From Octopus sinensis (lineage: Eukaryota), in the NCBI RefSeq assembly GCF_006345805.1, contig NC_042998.1:184388001-184452000 (forward strand): a stretch of 64,000 nt of DNA, given 5' to 3'. Positions 25,256-37,252 of the stretch are shown here, in pieces (the first letter of the stretch is position 1; every line of letters begins with the position of its first letter). A program made the translations under genes and the position numbers. Below the pieces are notes generated by a model that saw only the letters and a program-made list of their open reading frames with translations, did no database searches and was not told where the DNA came from.

Positions 25256-25637
25256 AACTGGCCATATGCAATTTTAGGGAAATAATATTTAAACTAGCGA
25301 AAATTTTATTTCGGCAGATAGCCATATTTGTTGGTCTTTTAAACGCGTACATTAGCATTTATAGGTACACCACAAGGTTGTTTATCAGTGCTGCGTAAGT
25401 GAACAAGTTACGTAAACATCCGAACATAAGTAAAAAAAAAAATCCTTTTTTGTGAGTCTTCCATATCTAGTCTATATCTTTAATCCAAACTGTAACTCAC
25501 TTGAAATTAAAGACCTTTGGTCGTAGGACAGGTTCAGGAAAACCTCTAATATATATATGTATATATATATATATCATACTGAAAATAAAAAAAATCAACG
25601 GGTATTAAACGTCTGTGATATCTGTTATGATATAAGG

Positions 25638-25838
25638 CAGTGGTTTTCAACCAGGGTTCCGCCAGTACAGTCCAGTAATTCCGCAAGAAGTTACAAAACT
25701 GCTAAAATCAGCAGTGATTTTTAATTCTCCTGTGCAGATATGTGTGCATAAAACTATTAAATTATTGCACAGGGGTTCCTCGAGCCAGTGGAATGTTTCC
25801 TTGGGGTTCCGCTCCAGTAAAAAGTTTGAAAAGCACTG
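25638..25838. mobile_element. hAT-type MITE
   Basis: TIR cagtggttttcaa / ttgaaaagcactg; 8-bp TSD atataagg at 25630-25637 and 25839-25846. Confidence 0.9.
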
Positions 25839-26465
25839 ATATAAGGTGATAAAATTGTATTAAAGAATATTTCATGCATCGCCTAAGGGGCTCTCACAAC
25901 CCGTCATTTAGTTACATCTTGCCTTGATGTAACAGTGAATTGTAATTGACTGGGCTATTATAAACGTTAGTTTTTAATCATAACGTTGGCACTACGCATC
26001 GGATCTTTTATCTGTTTCAGTTATTGGAATGCGGCCATGCTGGGGCACCACATTGACGGTTTTAGTCAAGCAAATTGGTTGCCGGGAACAAACACAAAGA
26101 CATATACACATATACGACGGGCTTCCACACAGAGGGAGTGGATCCATAAAGACGTATTTGTTGAGCAAGTTTCTTAGCGCAGCCATATCTGCACCTAGGA
26201 TGTTTTTGTGAAATACATTTTAAATAACTTAGTGTTACTGTCAGCAAAAATTAGATGCTTTAGTTAAGATTAACATGAATTTAATTTATACAAGGAGCAT
26301 TACAAATCGAACTGGTTGTAATTTATGATGAAAGAAAGAAAAAAAAAAACGAAATACGAATAATTTTTTTTGGTAAGTATGGGAGACAACTGTGGACATG
26401 ATTTGGTTGTTTTAAATGATTATCCTCTCCCTCTCATAATTTACTCATTTATACTTTAAAGTTGA

Positions 26466-26717
26466 AGGTGGCGAGCTGGCAGAAACGTTAGCACGCGGGG
26501 CGAAATGCGTAGCCGTATTTCGTCTGTCGTTACATTCCGAGTTCAAATTCTGCCGAGGTCGACTTTGCCTTTCATCCTTTCGGGGTCGATAAATTTTAAA
26601 AATAATTAAAAATAGTTTTAAAAAATAATTTACCAGTTACGCACTGAGGTCGATGTAATCGACTTAATCCCTTTGTCTGTCCTTGTTTGTCCCCTCTGTG
26701 TGGGTAATAAAGAAATA
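26466..26717 (+). mobile_element. tRNA-derived SINE 'family A', full length
   Basis: A-box-like ggcgagctggcagaa, B-box-like gagttcaaattc, central gtcgactttgcctttcatcctttcggggtcgat, tail ...tgtgggtaataaagaaata. Further copies at ~30850(-), 31477(+), 37550(-), 39628(+), 40325(+), 43245(-), 48838(+). Confidence 0.9.
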
Positions 26718-26990
26718 TATACTTTAAAGTTGAGAAAAAATGACCTAAAGAATATATAGGCACAAACACTTTTCTTTCAGCTATGGAATACAAGAAAAGC
26801 GTGGTTATAATTTGATACACATAAGCAGAATTCGAAATCTGAACTGTGCTCTCCATGCTTTTGTTTTTGCTTATCCATTTGACTCAATTATTAGGTGCAG
26901 ACTAGCATCTTGGCATCTAATAGCCAACTTATCTTGGTATATCTCAAGGAAATACAGTGCACACCAGTGTTGTGAGTTTAACCAATTTTA

Positions 26991-27405
26991 GTATCTTTTC
27001 GGTTTGAACGGCAGTTTTTAAAAATAATTTCCGCGTAACTAAACACTTTTAAACTTCATATACTGGTAGAATGTGTTTATAAAACATCTTTTTCTCTTGG
27101 CTTTATTGAGAAAATTCTATAGTTTGTAAGATATTTGTTGATTTTTTTTCTTCAATTTCTGCAATTTCAACCAATCAATGACGTCTATTGAAGTGAAAAC
27201 ATTCTGTGCCGTATGAAAATGTCCCCCGTTTAAGAAAGATATTGCGTTTATTTACATTTCTGAAAAAAAAAACAACCTTTCCCACACCCCTAACCCTAAC
27301 CCTTAAATAGATTGAAATGCAATAGATCGATACTAGGGTCATAATTATGGGTGACAATTTCATATGACACCGCTAGAAAAACTGCCATTCAAACCGAAAA
27401 GATCC
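26991..27405 (+). mobile_element. MITE family D with 8-bp TSD
   Basis: TSD caatttta on both sides; TIR g(t)atcttttcggtttgaacggcag / ctgccattcaaaccgaaaagatcc; internal ccctaaccctaacc. Confidence 0.9.
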
Positions 27406-28064
27406 CAATTTTATTCTGTGATGCGTCCACTGAGTCGACTATTGAAACCTGGTATGAATTTCCGGTTGCAGCTATTAAAAATCATCATGTTACCAATGCC
27501 TTCCCCCACCCCACCCCAAAACATGCACTGCATTGAAGTTGTTGGGACGTCTCGCTAATTAAAGAGTATATCCACGAAGGAATTTGTCAACCAATAAATG
27601 GAACTGCTAATTCCATGTAGGAAAGAGTTATTTCCCTTGCATTATACTGGGCACTTGTTTTTGATGACCGCAACTGGAAACTTTAAAAACGAAAAATCTA
27701 TTATTTTGTAAGACTTTACGTTATCGTTTTCCCTACCATAGAAATTATTTCCTTCTAGAATTCAAAAATATTCTTCTTCGATGTTAAATTAATTCATAAA
27801 AAATTGAATTTAATAGTTTAACGACAGCAAATATGAAATAAAACATGTACATTAAATCTAAAATATATCCTTGAGGTATTTATAACGAACTGTTACTCGC
27901 GCTATAAAAGAGAGGACACAAATTTCTTTTTTTATCAGATTTGCGTACAAAGGATTCGCAACGATTTAATTGTATTTCTCATAGTGACACAACAAAAAAT
28001 TCTGGAGGTGGGGGATATAGTCAATTAAATAGATAAAATTTCACAATTGATACTTAATTTATTG

Positions 28065-28482
28065 GGATCTTTTCGGTTTGACCGGCAGATTTTTAAAATA
28101 ATTTCCACGTAACTAAACACTTTTAAACTTTGTATGTTGGTAGAATGTGTTTATAAAACATCTTTTTCTCTTGGCTTTACTGAGAAAATTCTATAGTTTG
28201 TAAGAGATATGTTGTTTTTTTTCTTCAATTTCTGCAATTTCAACCAATCAATGACGTCTGTTGCGGTGAAAACATTCTGTGCCATATGAATATGTCTCTC
28301 GTTTAAGAAACAGATTAGGTTTATTTACATTTGTGAAGAAAAAAAGATATCCTTCCCCCCACCCCTAACCCTAACCCTAAAACAGATTGAAATGCAATAG
28401 ATCGATACTAGGGTCATAATTATGGGTGACAATTTCATATGACACCGCTAGAAAAAAACTGCTGTTCAAACCGAAAAGATCC
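28065..28482 (+). mobile_element. MITE family D flanked by ~145-bp direct repeats
   Basis: TIRs as above; 27922-28064 is repeated at 28483-28631. Confidence 0.9.
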
Positions 28483-28794
28483 ATTTCTTTTTTTTTTTTT
28501 AGCAGATGTACGTACAAAGGATTCGCAACAATTTAATTGTATTTCTCATAGTGGCACAACTAAAAATTCTGGAGGTGGGGGATATAGTCAATTAAATAGA
28601 TAAAATCCCATAATTGATACTTAATTTATTGACCTGAATATATTGAAACAGCGAATTGTATAAAAAAAGTAAAAATATTTTGTGTAATTTAGAAGTAATT
28701 TATTGCACATAAATTTTAACAACAAAATCTTATATGGATTCTTGTTGAGAACCACTGATGTAGTTGATGTATGGTTATGGTGTGTGGTTCTGGT

Positions 28795-29134
28795 TCTGGG
28801 CTACTGACCACAAGGAGCACTCCATTGGTTACGTTGACGAGGGTCCCAGCTGATACGATCAATGGAACGGCTTGCTCGTGAAATTAATGTGCAAGTGGCT
28901 GAGCATTCTACAGACACGTGTATCCTTAACGTAGTTCGCAAGGAGATTCAGTGTGACACAGAGTGTGACAAGGCTGGCCCTTTTGGAATACAGGTACTGC
29001 TCATTTTTGCCAGCTGAGTGGACTGGAGCAACGTGAAATAAAGTGCCTTGCTGAAGGACACAACGCGTCGCCAGGAATCGAACTCACAACCTTACGATCA
29101 TGAGCCGAATGCCCTAACCACTGAGCCACGCGCC
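28795..29134 (-). mobile_element. tRNA-derived SINE 'family E'
   Basis: Minus-strand head ggcgcgtggctcagtggttagggcattcggctcatgatcgtaaggttgtgagttcgattcctgg; its body recurs at ~9405-9520 and at 1-20. Confidence 0.8.
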
Positions 29135-29667
29135 CTCACACTGAATACAAGACCGACAGGTAGAACATGACTATTGACACTGATGTTGACAGTGATAATT
29201 GTTTCACATGACAGCCAGTGATAAAGCCTCATACTTACGAGTGAAGAAGTAATGAAGTTATGTGGCTTTCAGGCCTTTCTTTAATATGGAAGAGAAGTGA
29301 AATGAACTGGTTTATCAGACTGGTAGTCATGATGGGTATACTGGGCTTGGTATATTTGTACCCTAGTGTCACTTTGATGGCATGTACTGCTCTCTCACTC
29401 AATAATAATAATAATGGTTTTAAATTTTGGTACAAGATCAGCAGTTTCAGAGAGGGGGGGGGCAAGCTGGTTGCATTAACCCTAGTACTCAATTGGTACT
29501 TATTTTATTGACTCAGAAAAAAGGTGAAAGGTAAAGTTGACCATGGCAAAATTTGAACCCAGAATGTGCAGATGGATAAAATACCACTAAGCATTTTGCC
29601 TGACATGCTAACATTTCTGCCAGTTTGCTTGCCTTAATAATAATAATAATAATAATAATAATAGTAG

Positions 29668-30463
29668 TGAAAGAAAGAATTTGACAAGATCAGTAAATAT
29701 AAAGAAAAGACTTGCTAATAGAAATTGAAAAAATGTGGCACCTCAAGGCGACTACAGCACCAGTGATTGCAGGATCTTAGCACCTGTAGAATATAAAACA
29801 AGACATGACAGAGTCGGCCAGTATTTACACTGGGCAATATGTTGGCATTATAAAATCAAAACCTCTGACAAATGGTATAAACACCATCCTGAAGCTGTGA
29901 CTGAGGGAGAAAATGCGTCGATTCTCTGGGACTTCCTCGTAGATACTGACAAAACTATAAAAGCTAATAAACCGGATATTATTATAAAAGATCAGACAAA
30001 AAAGATGTGTTTATTAAGTGACGTGAGTATTCTTTGCGATCACAATATAACGACAAAAGAATTTGACAAAATCAGTAAATATAAAGACTTGGTAATAGAA
30101 ATTGAAAAAATGCGGCATCTCAAGGCGACTGCAGTACCAGTGATTGTAGGATCTCTAGGAATGATAAAAAAGGTACTGAAACCTATTTAAAAATGATACC
30201 AGGCTTACCATCCCTACAGGAAGTGCAAAAAAATCACGTTAACTGGAACGGCTCATGTACTGAGAAGAGCATTATCATTGTGAAAACAACATCCATTCAT
30301 GAATTTATTTATTTATTAATTTTTTTAAAATACATATTTTACCTGTGAATTTGCATGTGTAATCTGGGAATACATACAATGAGCTTCTCTGCCCTAGGTG
30401 TACGGAAAACACTCGGTGAGAAATGGAAGAAAATGTGAAGAAGGAAGAAAAAATAACAATAAT
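29668..30463 (+). mobile_element. RLE-type (R4/Dong-like) non-LTR retrotransposon 3' fragment, preceded by (AAT)n
   Basis: ORF 29735..30190 has RHD...LWD...KPDIII...DVSI...KISKYKDL (restriction-like endonuclease motifs); (AAT)n at 29635-29663; degenerate AAT tail. Confidence 0.85.
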
Positions 30464-32526
30464 CAAATTTTAGCACAAAGCCTGCAATTTCGGGGTGGGG
30501 TAAGTCAATTACAATGGCCCCCAATGCTCAATTGGTACTTATTTTATCAACCCTGAAAGGATGAAAGGCCAAATCGACCTCAGATGAAATGAGCTAAGTA
30601 TTTTGTTGGCCTGCTAATGATTTTGTCAGTGACAAAGCTGGAATTTTGAATTACAAGTATAATCCATCTGGGGCTTCCATTCAGTTTCCATCTACCCAAT
30701 TTCACTCACAAACTATGGATTTATCTGAGGCATTACAAAATGACACTTACTCAAGATGCCATGCTATGGAATTGAAACCCAATCTCATAACTGCAAAATG
30801 AACTTCTTAACTATTCACCCTTACTGCGCCTTGACACACACACATGCACACCTATTTCTTTACTACCCACAAGGAGCTAAACACAGAGAGGACAGACAAA
30901 TGGATTAAGTCGATTATATCGACCCCAGTGCATAACTGGTACTTAATTTATCGACCCTGAAAGGTTGAAAGGCAAAGTCGACCTTGGCAGAATTTGAACT
31001 CAGAACGTAACAGCAGACAAAATACGGCTACACATTTCGCCCGGCATGCTAACAGTTCTGCCAGCTCGCCACCTTATCACACATGCACACCTACATCCAT
31101 ATTTACACCTCCATTCTCAAATATGATTTTTGAGTATTTCTAACTGGCTAAATGACTCTTGCTGTAATTGTTTCAGTTTTAACACACAATCTCAAATTAA
31201 GCCACTTACCAAACAAGTACAACTTGGATATAATTAATATTGTTTGTAGAATATAATAAATGTACAGTGTAAGGGATAAAATGCATATCATGCATGTGTA
31301 TGATTGAGATTCTTATAACACATTATCTTTTTCAGAAGGCAAAACTAGCACATATGACCTATGAAGGAAACTAGCACCTCTTGGGATGAAAGGAAGGAGG
31401 GAGGATTAATCGCAAACTGAAGAATTGCCTGGTCAGTTTGGAATATAGTCAACTCTGCTAAAGGTACCCAAAATCAAGGTGGCGAGCTGGCAGAAACATT
31501 AGCACGCCGGGCGAAATGCGTAACCGTATTTCGTTTGCCGTTATGTTCTGAGTTCAAACTCTGCTGAGGTCGACTTTGCCTTTCATCCTTTCGGGGTCGA
31601 TAAATTAAGTACCAGTTACGCACTGGGGTCGATGTAATTGACTTAATCCGTTTGTTCCCTCTGTGTTTAGCCCCTTGTGGGTAGTATAGAAATAGGTACC
31701 CAATAACCAGGTGGTGATGTAAAATCAGCTGATACATTAAGTCAACTACTCATTGGTCTTTTGTGTCCTCACTAAAGAATTCATTCTCAATTAGGGTATC
31801 TTAGTTAAATATTACCAAAATTTATTCATGGTAAAATCTCCACCCCCTCCTCTGGTTGTTTGGTGTTGATACCTTTCACTCTCACCATTTACCCATTTGT
31901 TGCTTTATCATGCTTCAACATCTTTTCTCTCTTGTGCTGGTGCTACAATGCTACAATAAAATGCACCCTGTGCACTGTTAGGTGTGGGGTTGAGAGATTC
32001 CAGATTTGTTTGAAGACAGCAACCTTTGTAGTGCCAGTGTCATGAAAAAAATACACTTAGTACACTAGGTAAAAATGGTTTGTGTTAGGAAGGGCATCCA
32101 GCCAAAATGGAACTTATGAGTGAAATGCAGTCCTCCTTGCACTGTCAGTGATAATTACATACGATTCATTCAGATTCAGATCTTTCATTTCTTATATTGG
32201 AAAATGGACATAATATGATGATGATACATATATTATACATACACATGAAATGAAGTACAATGGGCATGAAGTTACATACATATTACAGGCATTGCATTGT
32301 TCCATTGTCTGCTTAGCTTACAACAGGTCTCACTCCCACTTTATGGTTGAGTGCTTAGCAATAGGACAGGCACTCAGCTGTTAAAGAACATGACAAAAGA
32401 TTTACTATAGGAAAATACCTATACAACCCACTCCATCCTTTCTGGCAGGTTAACATGAATAGTAAATTGTTAAAAGGGAAACCATGTAGTTTCTAGGGTA
32501 TATATATATATGTATGTATATATATA

Positions 32527-33046
32527 CCGCAAATCCTCGAGTATAATCCACACTTTTTTCCTAAAATTTAAAGGTCAAAATCCCTATTGCGTACTATATA
32601 CGAGGTTAGAAATGAAAAATATTTTCTAAGCAATGTCTGAGTCTTGATTTGCTGTCTGGCAATGTTTATTCAGACACATTTTGCGATGATGGGAGCGAAA
32701 ATACCTTAAGCTAAGCCTGAAAGCAATAAAATCATAAAAGAATCATCCATAACTTGGAGTAAGCAACATTTATTAAAATAAAAGTATTCAGAACACAGAA
32801 TAACATGTAACAAACAATTTGCAAACATATTTACATTCCCATATAACAGTTAAGAACATCACCATTATTGTATTACGCATGCGCGGAAGTGTTTGTTCGA
32901 CTAGGTGCTGCTGGCTTAATCACGTACGACTGAAGTTAGAGAAGGGGTGCGTATTATGCACAAGGTTTAGGTCTTTCAGAAGTACAGCCCCCTAAAAATT
33001 TCCAGCGTATTATACACAAGAGCAGACTATACTCAAGGATTTACGG
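32527..33046. mobile_element. Tc1/mariner (pogo/Tigger-like) MITE in (TA)n
   Basis: ta|ccgcaaatcctcgagtata ... tatactcaaggatttacgg|ta. Confidence 0.85.
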
Positions 33047-33813
33047 TATATATATATATAATCATTATTATCATTACTATTATATTTATACATTTAAATC
33101 AAGCCATTTAGCTCATTTCTGATTAACTATGTGTCTGTACAGTCACATCAAAATATTTAAAAATGAGAATTGTGTATTTCTTCATTATTTTGTTAAAAGA
33201 TATTTACACATTCGCTTAGGAGCAAGAATTTTTGGTTCTATGCTTTTCCTATTGCTAAATATTCATTCCTTCAAGAAGTAGGAGTGGAACTTGTTAGCCA
33301 GACAGATGGAAAAAAGAAAGGTAAACCAAGGACACACAAGGTTTTGAATTTATGTTTATTTGGTTAATAGTACAGAAACTTAACTTCACAGTAGTTGCTG
33401 AGCTTCTTCAATTGGATAAATATTTCTTTATATATATATATGTCCTCTCGAATAGCAGCCAGAGTAATTTCAAAATAGCAAGATACAGTACCACTTAATG
33501 AGCAAAAGTCATTTGGAGTGTAAAAATTTATATATATATATGTGTGTGTATGCATGAGTGTGTATTTATGTATGTATGCACGTATACATACACTTATATG
33601 TGAGTGAACAAACACATACCTGAATAATTTATACATGTAATATTAAGAAACACATGCACATATGTAGTTTTACTACTAAATGTTAGTAGTAAGGCCTCAT
33701 TTATAAGTATGTTTTTATATAAAAGTTTTGAGATTATGGGTAATGATTTATTGCTTTAATGCTGAAGTTTAATCATGCATTAATGGATGAAAGATTAACA
33801 CAGAGGAAAATAT

Positions 33814-34878
33814 TTAGAAAGTAATTGATTGAAGATTTTTTCTACATAATAACTCTACATCTTTCAAACAAATGTATTCTTGAATGACTCTAGGGATAGC
33901 TTGTGGAAACTTCTCGAAGGATATACTTACAGAACATGTGAGTGTTTTACGGTAGGCACAGCGACTAAGATGATGCAGAGAAGGAACAGTTTTAGATGTC
34001 ATTACACACCAACTGCTGAGATAAGGGTCCACTCTAGAGATATAATCAATATACTGAGTTGACCAATGCCAACCAGATGCAGTGGCATATAATGCTAATT
34101 TCTTAGACACATGTAGTTTGTTTTGTTTATCATGCCAATGAGATTCCAAGTAATATTTCATAGAATTTACAATTGGTACAAGTTCTGAGCCACTGCATTC
34201 ACATAATAGTTTGATTGTAAATTTGGAAAGTGTTGTAAAAATATCATCCATTGGCCCTTCAAAAACTGGTTGGTGTCGGTGTAGCTGCAGGAGAAGAAGT
34301 TCATGAAATTTGCACGATGTGCAATACTTGATTGCTATTTCAGAAAGTTGGTTAATGAAGTCAGTGTTTCCATATTTCAAAGCAGTTCTTACCACATACA
34401 ACATGGCATCTTTGCAGATGGGGTCGAAGCTGGTTGACATAAGGATTTTGATGATTTCCCAATAGTTCACATTATCTTCAACTTCTGTGCATTGATTGTA
34501 GGCATAGATTAGTGCAATATCAAAAGTAGAACAGTTTTTTATATTCAGTTTATTCTTATCACAAGATGGTTGGTTGATGAGTGTTTTCACCTGATTAGTG
34601 TGTCCCAAACGAACAGCCAGTATCAATGCTGTTTCATTGTTGTCATTTAATGGTATATTCAAGTCGATATTGGTATCCATCAGCTGCTGTAGTTCACTGC
34701 AATCATCCTGTACGATGGCTTGAAGTAGGTTGTCTGTTGCTTGATTTGATGGGATGAGCTGCTTGTGATTATTATTTAAACTCTGTTGTTCCTGCCAAGG
34801 AGGCTCCTTTGGAAGTGTACACGATGTTAATACATGCTTTGGAACGCAACTGTACCACTGGGATGTGTTATTACCCAT
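33814..34878 (-). CDS. Ankyrin-repeat and SOCS-box protein (ASB-like), 354 aa, single coding exon, N-terminal MGxxxS myristoylation motif
   Basis: Long uninterrupted ORF; ankyrin repeat NETALILAVRLGHTNQVKTLI plus flanking degenerate repeats; SOCS box VPSLHHLSRCAYRK...IPRVIQEYI; splice acceptor tttacattctag 31 nt upstream of the ATG (exon starts 34909); AATAAA at 33747-33752 (minus strand). Confidence 0.9.
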   Translation of the reverse strand: MGNNTSQWYSCVPKHVLTSCTLPKEPPWQEQQSLNNNHKQLIPSNQATDNLLQAIVQDDCSELQQLMDTNIDLNIPLNDNNETALILAVRLGHTNQVKTLINQPSCDKNKLNIKNCSTFDIALIYAYNQCTEVEDNVNYWEIIKILMSTSFDPICKDAMLYVVRTALKYGNTDFINQLSEIAIKYCTSCKFHELLLLQLHRHQPVFEGPMDDIFTTLSKFTIKLLCECSGSELVPIVNSMKYYLESHWHDKQNKLHVSKKLALYATASGWHWSTQYIDYISRVDPYLSSWCVMTSKTVPSLHHLSRCAYRKTLTCSVSISFEKFPQAIPRVIQEYICLKDVELLCRKNLQSITF

Positions 34879-36145
34879 GTCTCTGAGCTGTCCTGTGATA
34901 ATGGTTTTCCTAGAATGTAAATCAGTGATTTACACAAGTCATTACATGCAAATAATAATAATAGTAATAGTAATAATGATAATAATAATAATAAAGCTGA
35001 ATGTAAAATTCTTTCAAAATTACTGAGTAATTATTATGAATATTTCAAAAAATAGATAAATAAATAAAACCAGTTATAAGGTTCATTTAGGATATTAGCA
35101 TTTTCGAAGTATAGAATAACACAGTTTTCTAAAGTAATTTTTAACACTATTTTAAATATTATTAGAAATATACGAAGGAAAACAAAATATATTCTTCCGG
35201 TAGTTATATGCAAATTAGTATTTATTAATTATTATTTACTGAATTAATAACATAATCCCTCAGCAAGATTGGACAGAATTAAATTTATATAACTTTGAAA
35301 GAAAATTTAGTAGAAATAAACAATAATCTTTTTTCTTTTTTAAAAAAATAAAGTCAAACACAGGAACAAAGGAAATATACAGTTTTAATAGGAAAGATAG
35401 GTTTGAAGCGAAGCAAACAACACAACAATAGATTGCATTACGAAATAGAAACGAAAACAGAAAAGGAACTTAGACAAAGGAAAGAAACAATCGAATTTCG
35501 GTTAGTAAGCAACAGTACAACAACAATATAGATTATGGCAGTGCTCCGTTTATACGAAATTTATCGAAACACTTTTCAAACGAAGCATTTTCGTCTGTAT
35601 TTTTGTAAATATTAAATCTGTTTTTGTTTAAATATATCTGTGATCGACGCTGTTTTCTTGCTTCACAGCATTGGCAGTTAGTAAAGTATATATATATATA
35701 TATAGATGATATATAAAGCGATAAGTCAGTAGACAGACACAACCAAAAAATACACACACTCACAAAATTACAAAGGAATGTTACATGCTTTTTCTATGCC
35801 TTCCTTTTTTTTTGAGGTGGAATGAGTGATCTGGTCTTTTAGGATATATATACATATATATTTAAATATTTTTATAAGGATGCAAAAATACGAAGAAAAC
35901 GTAAGTCATGTGAAACAGAATCCGACAGACTGGCGGTGTCGACTAAAATATTACCCAGTTATTAATATACCTTAATACTACCACCGTATTAATTGAAAAT
36001 AAAGAATTTTTTTCCCGGGTTTTCCTTTTCTCTCCAAATGAGATGAGATAAGGCTTGCCTTTTTTAAGAAAGGAAACATGGAGAATTTTTTTAAATATAT
36101 AAAATAAAACAGTAGGAATGTTATTTTATCTATACAACAAATAAT

Positions 36146-36571
36146 GGATCTTTTCGGTTTGAACGGCAGTTTTATAAAATAATATCTTTTAAACTTCGTA
36201 TACTGGTAGAATGTGTTTATAAAACATCTTTTTCTCTTGGCTTTATTGAGAAAATTATATAGTTTGTAAGATATTTGTTGTTTTTTTCTTTCTTCAATTT
36301 CTGCAATTTCAACCAATCACTGACGTCTATTGAGGTAAAAAAAAAACATTCTGTGCCGTATGAATATGTCCCTCGTTTAAGAAACAAATTGGGTTTATTT
36401 ACATTTCTGAAGAAAAAAGATACCCTTCCCCCCACCCCTAACCCTAACCCTAATTAACCCTAACCCTAAAACAGATTGAAATGCAATAGATCGATACTAA
36501 GGTCATAATTATGGGTGACAATTTCATATGACACCGCTAGAAAAAAACTGCCGTTCAAACCGAAAAGATCC
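36146..36571 (+). mobile_element. MITE family D with 8-bp TSD
   Basis: TSD caaataat; TIR ggatcttttcggtttgaacggcagtttt matched at the right end; internal (CCCTAA)n. Confidence 0.95.
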
Positions 36572-36775
36572 CAAATAATTCTTTAAATTGATGGGAATGT
36601 ACAAAAAATGAAATGAATAATAAAGAGGTGAATAATAAGATCTTAAAGTTACATAAGGTTAAGTAATTGGCAAATTAACAAATATAATATTTTGGCAATA
36701 CTTCCTCTTGTAGCAAGACTTCCTGTTGTAACTTCCTAAACACCCATTTTTTAAAATTTAATTTTTTTTCTACAC

Positions 36776-37252
36776 AAACCCCCGTTTTCGGCTACGGAGA
36801 ATACGAATCTGCAAAAAAAAAATTGGCAAAAATCGGCATTTTGAAATCCACCTCCCTAACTTCTTGATTTTAAACTTTTTTCAGAAATTTTTTCTTTCAA
36901 AATATGTAGAAAAATACGGAGATTATGATTCTGTAAAAAGTTTCGAAAATTTTTGTAAAATGTTTTTTTGCTAATTTTTTTTGGTCAAAATATGCGGAAA
37001 AATACGGGGATTATGATTCTGAAACAAATTTCCCCAAAATTTTCTACTTGGGATTAGGGTTTTAGGGGTAGGGTTTTAGGGTAGGGTTTTAGGGTTAGAG
37101 TTAGGGTTTTAGGATTAGGGTTAGGGTTACGGAAAAAAAGTGGAAAAAAAAAATGAAGAAATTGGAGAGGGGAGTAAGTGGGGGACAAAAAATTTCAAAA
37201 TTCTGATTTTTTGCAATTTTCCGGAATCTCCGTATCCGAAAACGTGGGTTTT
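36776..37252. mobile_element. MITE-like element containing a degenerate (TTAGGG/TTTTAGGG)n tract at 37050-37128
   Basis: Imperfect TIR aaacccccgttttcggctacggaga / tctccgtatccgaaaacgtgggttt. Confidence 0.65.

Noticed and set aside
26466-26560. tRNA genes at SINE heads (also 29060-29134, 38828-38900)
   Set aside because: A/B boxes are present, but there is no complete cloverleaf and they continue into SINE bodies.
37050-37128. True telomere or chromosome end
   Set aside because: Short, degenerate, internal and bounded by TIRs.
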